64,000 nucleotides of DNA from Lama guanicoe. Taxonomy: Eukaryota. Position 1 is the stretch's first letter, and every line of letters begins with the position of its first letter. Positions 1 to 10,303 of the stretch are shown in pieces. Under the pieces are notes generated by a model that saw nothing but the letters and a program-made list of their open reading frames with translations, did no database searches and had not been told where the DNA came from. A program made the translations under genes and the position numbers. The stretch lies in the NCBI GenBank assembly GCA_013239625.1, contig MU054117.1, positions 2,602,011 through 2,666,010 of the forward strand, given 5' to 3'.

Positions 1-142
1 GGCAGGATTCGGAGGGGCAAGGCAGGACCTGACCAGAGCCACCCACTCTTCTCAGCTGGGCGGGGGTCCCAGCGAGCACCGCGTCCCGCCCGGAGCGGGG
101 AGCGGTGGAGGGGCTCGCGCAGCTGCAGGAACCTCCGGAGCC

Positions 143-164
143 GCGTGCGCGCGCGCGCGTGCGC
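143..164. repeat. (CG)n/(TG) alternating purine-pyrimidine tract, Z-DNA prone
   Basis: cgcgtgcgcgcgcgcgcgtgcg, immediately followed by a G-run cluster at 165-190. Confidence 0.8.
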
Positions 165-255
165 GGGGGGGGCGGGGCGGGCGGCGCGGGTCGCGAGCGC
201 CTTTCCCACACCTCGCACCTCCCCTGCGGTCCTTCTCTCTGCGCGCCCTAGCCAG

Positions 256-308
256 ACACACGTGTGCAGACGCGCGCGCGCGCGCGAGTGTGTGTGTATG
301 TGTGTGTA
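256..308. repeat. Compound (CA)/(CG)n/(TG)n microsatellite, Z-DNA prone
   Basis: acacacgtgtgcagacgcgcgcgcgcgcgcgagtgtgtgtgtatgtgtgtgt. Confidence 0.85.
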
Positions 309-589
309 GCCGGCAGACCGTGTACCCGGGTCGGACAGGCCCCGTGAGCACAGGGGGCGGCGGCCAGCTCGACCGTGGCCCCGCTTCTGTCCCTTCCAGT
401 CCTCCCCAGCCCTTTCCTCTGGTCGCCTTGGGTCGTGGCACCTCCAGCCATTCCCCTGCCTTCCCATCCCCTTCTATCCCCCGGAAGAGACCAGCGCCTT
501 GCGGTGAAGGTTCTGGTTCACCCCGGCTCCAGAGCCTTTGACATTTAGCGAAGCTCGCGGCGCACTGGTGTAGGCACAAGGCAGAACGC

Positions 590-683
590 TAATCCCATTA
601 AAGCTGTGGTGTCATCCGGGAGGGGAGGCTGCCCCCCGCAGGCCTCGCGCTCATTGGCCGAATGCAAACCAGAGGGCGGGGCC
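590..683 (+). promoter_or_regulatory. Proximal promoter elements: TAATCCCATTA (P3-type homeodomain palindrome), inverted CCAAT box, GC box
   Basis: TAATCCCATTA at 590-600, ATTGG at 653-657, near-octamer ATGCAAAC at 662-669 and GGGCGGGGCC (Sp/KLF) at 674-683, all within 100 bp in the CpG island. The exact TSS cannot be determined from sequence. Confidence 0.6.
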
Positions 684-1230
684 GAGGCCCGGGGAGGGGG
701 CTCCGGCGGTTTCGGAGTCCGGAGTCGGGAGTCGGGCCGGGATTTAGCAGGGGGAGCCCAGCGGTTGCAGCTGCGGCGGATCCCTCGGCACTGCCCGCCG
801 CGCGCCCGGGCAGCCCAGGGCCGGGGGCGGCTCGGCAAAGTCGCGGGACGAGAGGAGGCGGGCGCCGGCAAAGTGGCCGAGCCGGCCGGGCCGGGAGAGG
901 TGTGCCCGGGAGCCTTGAGCCCGGCGCCCTGGTGCCTCGCGTGGAGCGGCGGTGCGCCCGGGAGGCGAGCTGAAGCTCTGGAACGAGAAATCAAGTCGCA
1001 GCCTCCCCAAAGACGCTAAGTTACGCAGCCAGCCGGTGTCCCGGGAGCGCGCTTGGAGCCGCGCGACATAGCCCTCCCGGGCTGGCTGGCGGGGAGCGGG
1101 GCGCCGGCCCCCGAGCGCGGGATCCGGCCGGCAGTGCGCCCCGGGACTGAGCGGGGGCGTGCAAGGCTCCTCCGATCCGCCCGCCGCCCGCGCGCGACTC
1201 GGGCGCCCCCTCGGTCCCACCCCGGGAGCG

Positions 1231-1287
1231 ATGCCCCCCGCCCCCTGTGCCCCCCGGGAGCGACGCGAGCATGGAGAAGTCGAGTAG
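1231..1287 (+). other. Overlapping out-of-frame upstream ORF (18 aa, MPPAPCAPRERREHGEVE)
   Basis: ATG at 1231 (gcgATGc, -3 G) lies 40 nt upstream of the main ATG in a different frame. It ends at TAG 1285-1287 inside the main CDS. Confidence 0.5.
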
Positions 1288-1606
1288 CGAGGATTCTTCG
1301 ATCCACCGGAGTCCATCTTTGGACAGCAAGGACTCGGACTTTGCCAAGCCGTCCACCTCGGGCCGCCCGTTTGGCCGCGGCTTCACGGCCGGCGCTTTCT
1401 ACGGCACCGCGGGCTCCCGCGGCCAGAGCCGCGCCGAGGCTGGCGTGAAGACTGACAAGTACAATNNNNNNNNNNNNNNNNNNNNNNNNNNNNNNNNNNN
1501 NNNNNNNNNNNNNNNNNNNNNNNNNNNNNNNNNNNNNNNNNNNNNNNNNNNNNNNNNNNNNNNNNNNNNNNNNNNNNNNNNNNNNNNNNNNNNNNNNNNN
1601 NNNNNG
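1271..1606 (+). CDS. First coding exon of an unidentified large gene (Ser-rich, probably disordered N-terminus; partly in assembly gap)
   Basis: gcgagcATGG is a strong Kozak context, with an in-frame upstream TGA at 1148. The 65 visible codons (MEKSSSEDSSIHRSPSLDSKDSDFAKPSTSGRPFGRGFTAGAFYGTAGSRGQSRAEAGVKTDKYN) are GC3-rich and protein-like, unlike the surrounding Pro/Arg/Gly artefact ORFs. A consensus donor G|GTAAGT lies at 1606/1607 directly after the N run. Confidence 0.75.
1466..1605. other. Assembly gap (140 N) within the coding exon
   Basis: Run of N seen directly. Confidence 0.99.
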
Positions 1607-2774
1607 GTAAGTCGTTCCGTGTCTCTGTCTCTTGCCTCCGTTCTTCCTTGCTTAAGCACAGTACCCTCTTTCTCTTCGGAGCTGCATTGCTCTGCTCTCT
1701 GCGCAACGGTAAGTGGGGTTTTTAAAAACCACCCCCAGCCCCCCTCCCCTTTCATGCATCTCTCTCTTCCTTTCTCTCTCCTCGTGGCTGAATGGAGGCT
1801 GCAACTTGCCTGTCTTCCAGGAAAAGACTTGCTCTACTCCTAGGAGGCTGCTGAAGTTTGCCACCACCTCCTTCCCCTATAAGACAGCCTTTCTGGAAGT
1901 GCCTCCAACTGCAGAATCTGCAGAAATAGGTGTGGGGTCGGAATTTTTAACAGCTGTGACCTTGAGTTGAATTCAGGCAGAAGTGCGGATGGTTTTCTGA
2001 GTTTCTTCTCGTTTTCCTCCTGAACACAGTCTGCAGCATTTTATGGGCAGGAGATGGGGGAGTGGTAGCGGTCACACCCTCCCGCTCCTTTCAGTGAATC
2101 CCAGGAAAGGGAGGAGGAGCCCCTGAGCCAGGCTCAGGGACCCTCTTGCTGGCCTGCAGATATGCCCCCGAGTTAGGGCTCGTGTGGCGAGAGAGGGCGT
2201 GGGAGGGATGCTGCCATTGGGTGGCGGCAGCTGCTTTTGAGGGATTGCAGTGAACTGGGCGAGGAGCGAGCTGGCCATGTGCTCCCACCATGGAACTGGT
2301 CTCCGGGAGCCCCAGAGACTGGAAGGGACCAAGGGATGTCCCCATCCTTGGTGAGAGATGATGTTCTAGGGAAGGTGTCAGTGGTGAGGGGGCAGCTTGG
2401 AAGGCCGTCTCTGTGCACGTGTGTGCGTGAGCAATACTAGTTAGGCAAATTTGAAAACTTCTTAAATTCATATCTAATTGTTCCATCATCCCAAATTCTG
2501 TCTCCGCCTTTCTTCACCAGAGCCCAGATACAGTCAGCACAGATGTTTGGCTCTGCCCCAGGGCCTGTCTCCTGCCTGCTGGAGGCTGTCAGCTAGCTGC
2601 CCACGGTCCAGGAGGAGCACTGGGGCAGGAGTCACAGTGCAGTGGGCTGGAGGTGGTGTGCTTTGAGGTCCAACACTTGTGTGGAGTGACCCACGTTAAC
2701 TGACAAACTTTTGTAGGTGTGTATGGGTGGGGTGACTTTTCCCATAGAAGGGGAGAGCTCAGGCCTGGGTGGGA

Positions 2775-2910
2775 AGAAGACTGGGCTCTGGCTTTGGTTC
2801 TGTGTTGGCTTTTAGTGTGTGACCTTGGGCAAGTCACTTTATCCGTCAAGGACTGGGTTTCCCTTCCAGTCCAATGGGGGGCGGTCATGATGGTCTCCCT
2901 CATAGCCTTA
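2775..2910 (+). mobile_element. MIR SINE fragment
   Basis: MIR core tgtgtgaccttgggcaagtcacttt...tttcccttc...aatggggg. Confidence 0.75.
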
Positions 2911-3489
2911 TCTCATTAGTTATGGGAAGTCCTGCGTCCTTGCCTTCTCTCTGGGGAGGGAGCCCCCTCCCCTTCTCTTCCGAGGAGCCTGGTCTGAAAT
3001 CTTTGGGGTTGCATTTCCCCAGATGTCTCCATGGTCAGGGCCCTCCGTCGCTGCTGTTACGATGTTGCCTGTCCTGTGGCGAGGGTTCTGTGGAGACTGG
3101 GGCAGAACTGTTGGAACGTCAGGAATGATCCTGTGGCTGCCTTTGGGCAAGTGCTTCTGGTCCTCTGGCCCGTTTGCCACCATCATTGTCAGCCCAGCAC
3201 TGGTGTCTATTTCTCTGGTGCCAGCAGATTTACATGAATGCTGCCCGTTTATTCCACACAGCTTTCCTCTCTGTCCTTGTTCATAGTCTCCAGCTACCTT
3301 TTGACCTTTCTGCCTTGCCCTACTCTTGCTAGAAAGACCCTCCTGGGATGCTCAGTGCACCGGCCAGTACCTCCCACTCAGGCGCTCTCCTCCCCACCCC
3401 CACCCCGCCACCTGCTGGCCATAGTAGGTATAACTGGCTGTCTCCTCTCCTCCAGGATGGTCCCAGCTTAGTTCAAGGACCTCCCCACT

Positions 3490-3555
3490 CACTAGCACCC
3501 TTGTGTCCTGTTCGTAGAAGGCGCTGGTTGCGTTTGTGAGTGAATGAATGGATGG
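3490..3555 (+). mobile_element. L2 LINE 3' end
   Basis: ctagcac...gtagaaggcgctggttgcgtttgtgagtgaatgaatggatgg resembles the L2 (TGAA)n tail. Confidence 0.55.
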
Positions 3556-6419
3556 CCAGCGCAGTAAACCCACATTACTGTGGTAAGGATTCCCCAGTCC
3601 TACTGGTAGGGAAGACACGTTAGTTCTCTAACTTGCTTGTGATGAAGGCTGTGGGGCGAGGATTGACTTCCCATCTTCCTGAGGTTCACCAGCTGGTCGG
3701 TGGAATGGTCTTCCTTTTTGGTCATAGTGAGAGAACTTGCTCTCTCTTCCTGATAAGAAGGAATCTACTAATTCTGCTTACCAGGCAAGGAGTCACCCTC
3801 TCCTGGCCTCTGGCTTTTCTGATTACTCAGTATTTTCTGAATCCCCATGACATGCTACAAGCTGGGAAAATCTGTGGGTCTTAGTCCCAGTTCTTTTATG
3901 CTCGTAGCGTATGAGATGATGAAACAGACGTGGAGAGAGACGTAGTAGCGTGTGAGAGGCGAAATGAGACTTGGGAGAGATGGAAAATTTAGCAAAAGAG
4001 AAACGATGCTTGTGTTTGCCTCTGCATGTATCGGGGGGTGGAGGAGCAGGTGCTGGCCGGGATTTGGGCATGTGGGCCCCAGTGTTCCACGCGGACAAAG
4101 CCTTCCTGCAGGACGTGCTTGGGCCTGGTATGGGAGGAGGGGCGGAAGGGAAAGGGCAGAGGCGCTGAGCCGAAAGCAGGTGGGTATGCTGATGAGGGAG
4201 AGCCCCGGGGAGGGGAAGACGGGGGTGAGAGGGGGGAGGTGGGAAGTGTGCACAGCTGGTCAGTGCCGAGCCCTCTGGGACCCGGAGCAGTTGGTAGCAA
4301 TTATGTAGCCATCACTTTCTAGTCTCATGGCTCTGATCCCCAAAGGAGGCGTTTCTGAGGCACCAGAGTAGAGCCTGAGGCCTGCAGTCAGGAGCTGGAG
4401 ATCTTCCCACAGACCCTGAAGCCCACCTGGTAGTTTTCCAAGTCCACTACTGCCGCCTCACCCCCAGCCTCCGGGCTGGGAGGCTTCCCCGGCCCAGAGA
4501 GGTGCAGCTGTCCACAGGCAGCCCCTCACAGGCCCCAGCGGCCCGGTTCCTCGCCGCTGGCCGGAGCTTTTAGGGTATTGGTATCGGCAGGGCCTGGGTG
4601 ACATCACCGGGGGCAGGACGGAGGCGGAGCTGTGTGGCTAGCCTCCTCCTCCTGCTTACCCAGGGAAGGGCAGGTGCCTTGCAGGCTGCTGGGCGCCTGC
4701 CTGCTGGGAGAGGGGGAGGTGTCCAGGTCTGCCCTGGCACTGCTGACCAGGACCAGCCAGTGCTAGCCAGGTTGGCGCCCAGGGCATTTCTGAGGGCCTG
4801 ATATAGATGGTGGGGTAGCGAAGGGGAGTCATCCTGCCTGGCTGGGTCCCACCTCCTCTTCCCCCTGCGTGCCCCACCCTGATCCTCAGAGCCCAAGAGA
4901 ATGCTGGCTTCTAGGTGGATAGGAAATAGGGGGCCTGAACTGGGACAGAAGTTTCCCCATCCCGAGGGGCCCGTGCACCAGCAATCCAACCCACCCAACG
5001 TGTTTCTCCTCATGGGGGCGTTTCCCTCGGTCAGCCCCGTCTCAGTCCTCACGGGCCATCTGGCGGAGTACTCCAGGCATAGATTAAGCGAATCTAAGCT
5101 CCTCCGAGGGGGGCACAAAAGGCTCAGAGCTTTTAACTCTGAGTAGGGGAGAGAGTATAGGGCTGAGTGCTGGGGGCCTCGGTCTCTTTTTTGGGACAGC
5201 GAATTGTGATCCCAGCCCAGCCTCTCCCAACCCAAATTGAGTTCCGGTCTGATTTGGGGAAGGGGGAAGCTGGGGTAGGGCTGGGGTTGCTGGCCTACCT
5301 GCCACTCAGGGTAATGGTCACTTTTCATGCTTGCCAGTAGAGCTGTCCTTTCACTTTAAATCATGGCTGGCAAAGCAGTGACATTCTGGCCTCACTGGAA
5401 AGGCTGTTCCTTGTGGATTGCTCCCTTAATAAAGGCCAATTAGCCAAGAAGGCAGTGTTCAGTGTGGCTGCCGGAGCAAGAGAAAGGTTGGCGCAGGGCT
5501 GCTGGGCTGGGTGCCGGGTGGGCGCCCTGATTAACCTCCCCTAAGTGAGGGCAGGCCTTTGTGGCTCGACCCCTCTCAGACCGTTTACTTGCCCTCTGGG
5601 TGCGGGCGGCTTGGTCATGGCTCTCCAGCCGCATCACACGTGTTCAGTGCTGGCTTGGCCCTGCTCTGGGCCCCTCTGTGGACGCCATGGCCCCTCCGTA
5701 GTCTGTGGTACCCAGGACAGGATCTGTGCACAATCAGTGCTGGGCAGCCTGGCGTGTCCTGAGTCTGTGGGCTGCCTTCTGTCTGGGAATGGAATTTGGA
5801 GGGGACGCTGAGGGGTCTGAATGGGATCTGAGCAGGTTCAGGCCTAGCCTCTCCAAACAGGAGGTGCCGGCCAAGCCGGGCAGCAAGAGGCACGTAGGGG
5901 CTCCTGGAGTGCTCAGGTGTGAGGCATCCTGCCGGCTCCCCGGAGGGCGGTGACAAGTAGGTCTCTGGGGTGGGGCAGGCATGGCTCTGCTGGGGGACAT
6001 GGGTCAGATGGAGGGCCAGGCGGATGCTCCGGGACCCTGGAATGTGGCCGTGAAGGAATGCCGGCTTTGTGTTCGCTTCCTTTCCAAAGCATTAAAAATT
6101 AAACTTCCTTGTCTTGATAGCTATTTTTAAATCATGTCAGAGCCAGCCTTGTGTCAGTCAGGAGGGGGTGGGGAGGGAGAGGGCGGAGAAGAGAAAGTCC
6201 CGCTGGGACAGGAGGAAGACTGTCACTTTGCGGAGGAGAGGGCCACAGGTCTGTCCCCCATCCCGCTGCCGCTGGGCAGCACAGAAAGGAGACCTCCTCC
6301 ACAGGCTCCTCTGAGGATGGGGGCCTCACCGTCCCCTCCGGTGCCTCCCTGTGCCTGGCTGCCCTTGGCTGAACTTGGCGGCGGGCTGTGGGGCTTACTG
6401 GGCTACGGGGTCCCAATGG

Positions 6420-6495
6420 AGCCCATTCACTCATGCCACAACTATTTCCTGAATGCCCGCTGCGTGTGCAGGAGCCTCCAGTGCTGGGGACGGGC
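6420..6495 (-). mobile_element. L2 LINE 3' end
   Basis: cattcactcatgccacaactatttcctgaatgcccgctgcgtgtgcagg...gtgctgggga. Confidence 0.55.
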
Positions 6496-6819
6496 TGACT
6501 GGGCTAGCACAGGGCAGATCGGCTTTCTCGGGCCAGGAAGTCGCGGAACGGAGAGGTCATCCTGCTCGTCATCTGCTGAGCATTTGAACACAGGGCTGCG
6601 AGGCAGGAGTGAGAGTGTCCCAAGGCCTGACCTGGCCCATCCTTCCCTTCCTCACCTCTCTGGTAAAAGGTTTGCATCCAGCAGAAATAAAGGGGGGAGG
6701 AACACAGCCTGTGTTTCTTAGGAGTATCCGAGTCTGGAAAAAAGAATTAGTGAATTATGTTTTTTCTGTTTCTTCTATTGAAAGGGCTGATTGGGTGCTC
6801 TGTGGCGAGTGTGCTCGGT

Positions 6820-7260
6820 GTGCGTTTACTGAGCACCTGCTGTAAGCCAGGTTCCCTGCAGGAATCAGACGTATAAACAGGTGATTACAGTTTTGTGCTG
6901 TAGGGCTCAGTAGAACTACTTAGCAGAGCAGTTAGCACTGCTTAATAGCGACGAGATACAGGGTGACAGAGGCACCGCTGCATTTTGATGGATAAATAGG
7001 AGTTTGCTAGGTAGATGAGGATGGGGGTCGGGGCCAGGGAGAAGGGTGGTCCAGATGGAGCCTCCTGCACGTGTGAGATGGGCTGAAACCACAGAAGCAA
7101 GGGGAGGTATCTGCTGGGTGGTGCCCACGGTGCATGGCTTCTCGGGGCCGTGAACTGGCCCGGTTCTGAGGACGAGGGGCTGCGGGTGCTCTGAGTTGGT
7201 CTGCAGGGCTCCGAGGAGAGGGATATTTGGCTTTTCTGGTGGAGACCACCATGACAGGTC
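6820..7260 (-). mobile_element. L2 LINE fragment
   Basis: tttactgagcacctgctgtaagccagg followed by purine-rich L2 body-like sequence. Confidence 0.55.
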
Positions 7261-7511
7261 TTACTGTGCCACTCAGGCCTCGAGCTGTCGCTTTAGGTAA
7301 TCCAGCTTACAGAGACACCCGTCCCCTCCCCTCGGCCTCTGCCTTCCAGCTGCGACAACATGCCTGCTTATGGGACTCCAGTTAGGAAGCTTTGAAGCGG
7401 AGGGAAGCCCATCAGGCAGAATTAAGTCTTCTGAGCCGGCTTTGTCCCTGCTAAAGCTAATCTGCCAGCAGGAGTGATTGGGGTGGAGGCAGGGATGTTA
7501 AAATGGCACGT

Positions 7512-7562
7512 GGTGGGGGTAGAGCTCAGTGGTAGGGCGTTTGCTTAGTGCGCGAGGTTCCC
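7512..7562 (+). mobile_element. Truncated tRNA(Ala)-derived SINE head (camelid Vic-1-like)
   Basis: ggtgggggtagagctcagtggtagggcgtttgcttagtgcgcgaggttccc carries a Pol III A-box and a tRNA-Ala-like body, with an L1 endonuclease-type ttaaaa just upstream. The B box is collapsed and there is no A tail. Confidence 0.65.
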
Positions 7563-8973
7563 AGGGGACCTGGAATCTCTTTTAGCGTGGTCGGTCGTCT
7601 CTTCTGTTCGATGGGTTCTGCCTCCTCCTCCCTTGGGCCTGGCAAACGTTGACGCCTGTCAGGAGACCCAGTGAGGGCTGCAGTGGGGTTTCAAATCCTC
7701 TCCCTCGCTGCGTTGGGCAACTCGGTACCAGCAGAAGGCCCTGTTTAGGTGCCTATTGGTGGAGTGACTGCCTTCAGAGACCTTCCTGTCTGCTCTGGCT
7801 TCTTCCCAAGGGTGTAGGTTCACATCAGCCAGGCAGCTCTGTACACGAACAGAGGCCATGGGCCTTGGCCCACCGACCTGCTGCCTCAGAGTCGCCAGGA
7901 ATGAGGCCTGTGTCCTGGAGCGTTGCTTCCCCTCTTGGTCCTGGGATTCCTCATGAGTGGCAGCATCACGTGTACCGCAGGGCCGTGAAGGGGCCCAGGT
8001 GAGGCCGCATGGGCATCATGCAGGTACTGGCGCTCAGTGCTGAGTGGCCGCAGGAACTGTCACTGTCCTCCTGCAGGGAGAGGAGAGGGTGGGCACAGGT
8101 GCCTGGGGGCTGGCGTGACAGTGCCGGGCGGGGGTTTGGAGCCTTGTTAGGCTGGGGACGGTTCTGGATGTCCTCTAGTCTCAGGGATATGTGGGAGAAG
8201 TGGGGAGGCAGCTCTGTCCGAATGGAGGACAGGGGTAGAAAGCAGTGGTCCCAGACCCCGGGGCCTGCAGCCGCCCTGCCGCACCGGACCCTCCCCTGCC
8301 TCCCTGTGCTCCTGGTGTGAGGAATCGGGCCAGCTGGGCCTGTGTTTACAGGGCAGGGTCCTGTGGGACCCCCGAGGGCAGGTCCCGCCTGCTGGGCAGC
8401 TTGGCCGTGACCTGAGCTGACAACAGACAGGCCCTGGGGGCTCCAGGTCACTTTACTAACCAGAAAAATGATCGCTTAAAACTTTTTTCAAACTGTAAAC
8501 TGTATCACATCTAAATTCATATAGTTTAAAAATTTATATAACAAACACGTACCCACTATGTGGTTTAAGAAATGAAACATTCCCCTCGAAGCTCTGTGTG
8601 GCCCTCCCTGCACACGCCCCGGCATCTTTCCTGGAGAGAATCATTCTCCTTACGTTTTGTGTTAAGCGTATTTCTTTATGTACTTTCCGCATGTGTAGGC
8701 ATCTTTAAAAAGCACATCATTTGGTTTGGCTCGTTTTTAAAATTTGATAGATAGAAGCATTGGGAACTTTTTAACATTCGGTGCTACGCTTATCGATTCA
8801 CATGTGTGATGAGAGTGCGTTGTTTGCACCGCTCCGTGGGGGTCCCTTATGTGAACCTGCTGCTGTGTGTTTGGTCGGCGATGGCATTCTGGTTGCTTCC
8901 TTCTTTTCAGACACGCTTCTGGGAACCTCCTGGTACGAGCCTCCTGGCGCACGCATGTGGGCACGTCCCTGGG

Positions 8974-9191
8974 CAGCACTCCCCAAAGTGTCTGTGCGGG
9001 AGCAGCTCTTTTCCCTACAGCTCCGAGGCGTGGCTCCGCCGCGCGTGACCGGTACCCAGCTCAGGCCACAGGGGCTCCCCTGCACGCGTACGAGCTCGTG
9101 GATCACGCACTGGAATGTTCTGGCCATACTGAATGGCTGTGAAGTCCCTCAGCGTTGAGCACATCCGTGGACCACACTTGGAGAACTGCTT
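8974..9191. mobile_element. hAT-Charlie non-autonomous DNA transposon (MER5-like TIRs) inserted in L1M
   Basis: Degenerate TIRs cagcactccccaaagtgt (8974) and ggaccacacttggagaactgct (~9169-9190) resemble CAGTGGTTCTCAAAGTGTGGTCC. L1 sequence resumes on both sides. Confidence 0.6.
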
Positions 9192-9724
9192 CAGGGTCCG
9201 TAGCAAGGAATGGCACTGCTGAGTTTTAGCATCTGTACGTTTCTGCTTGATCAGAGAATGCCAGGTTGTTTTCCAAAGTGGATGTATCAATTGACATTTC
9301 CACCAGTGGAATGGCGATTGAAAATGGAAAGTTTTGGGCATTCTCCAGCCAGTGGGTGTAAAATGCTATGCTATGTTTTAAATTTGCATCTCTCTGACGA
9401 CTAGTGAACATCTGCTCACAGATTTGTCCGCCATTCTTCTCTGAATGCCTGTTGATGCTTTTGTCCATTTTCCTATTGAGCTGTTTGCTTTTTCCTACTA
9501 ATTTCTAGGAGTTTTATTTATGTTCTGGATTCTCATCTGTTGTCATCTAAGTGCACCACAAACACAGTTTACACTTCCAGTGTGTAGCTTGTCCTGTCCC
9601 TTTCTTCAGAGGTTTGATAAACAAATTCTTCAAATTAATATAGTCGAACTTATCAGCCTCTTTTCTTTGTGAGAGTGTACTTTTTATGTGTTGTTTAAGA
9701 AATACATGATATCTTGGGGACGTC

Positions 9725-9802
9725 TTGAAGTCCCTGGTAACAGGACAGTGCTTGTCACAGCATAATCGGCACTCGTGAATTTTTGAACGAATGAGTGAGT
9801 GA
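9725..9802 (+). mobile_element. L2 3' end
   Basis: gtccctggtaacaggacagtgcttgtcacagcataatcggcactcgtgaatttttgaacgaatgagtgagtga. Confidence 0.6.
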
Positions 9803-10020
9803 TCAAAGATGACTCCCTGCATTTATTTATGAAAACCTTTCTTTTCGCATTTAAGCGCTTGGTAGATCTGGAATTCATACCTGTGAGTGACGTGAGCAGG
9901 GCTCCGACCCCGCTTCCCCCCACAGCAGACGAGCTGTCCGAGCCCCGCCGACTGGCCGGGCCCGTCTCCCCACTGACCTGTGTGTTCTGGCTGCAACACG
10001 CAGCTTTCCCTGTGCTACGC

Positions 10021-10303
10021 TTTTTTTTTTTAATTGCAGTGTAGTCAGTTTGCAATGCTGCGTCCATTTCTGGTGTGCAGCATCATGGTTCAGCCATGTG
10101 TATACATACGTATATTCCTTTTCATATTCTTTTTCATTATAGGTTATTACAGCATGTTGAATATAGTTCCCTGTGCTGCACAGTATGAACTTGTTGTTTA
10201 TCTATTTTGTGTATAGTAGTTGGTATCTGCACATCTCGAACTCCCGGTTTACCCCTCCGCATCCCCTTTCCCCTGGCAACCGTGAGCTTGTTCTCTATGC
10301 CTG
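10021..10303 (-). mobile_element. Younger lineage-specific L1 3' end (camelid/artiodactyl type), 5'-truncated, nested in older L1M
   Basis: A T11 tail followed by aattgcagtgtagtcagtttgcaatg...ttccttttcatattctttttcattataggttattac...ttgaatatagttccctgtgct...tatctgcacatctcgaactccc matches the recalled camelid L1 3' UTR. Confidence 0.8.

Larger units (their letters stand above)
60..1465. promoter_or_regulatory. CpG island spanning the promoter, 5' UTR and first coding exon
   Basis: Very high GC with dense unmutated CpG (e.g. cgcgtgcgcgcgcgcgcg, ccggccgggccggg) running up to the gap. CpG density falls sharply after 1620. Confidence 0.92.

Noticed and set aside
52-1448. Numerous overlapping ORFs across the CpG island
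   Set aside because: These are typical CpG-island artefacts. Only the frame from ATG 1271 has Kozak context, coding-like codons and a donor.
1271-1465. Assigning a gene symbol to the first exon
   Set aside because: No remembered protein N-terminus matched the peptide, so naming it would be a guess without a database search.
5428-5433. AATAAA as an intronic polyadenylation signal
   Set aside because: It is a single hexamer with no terminal-exon acceptor upstream and no clear GU/U-rich downstream element, so it is expected by chance.
7512-7562. Possible tRNA-Ala gene
   Set aside because: It lacks an intact T arm/B box and the 3' strand of the acceptor stem, so it is better explained as a SINE head.
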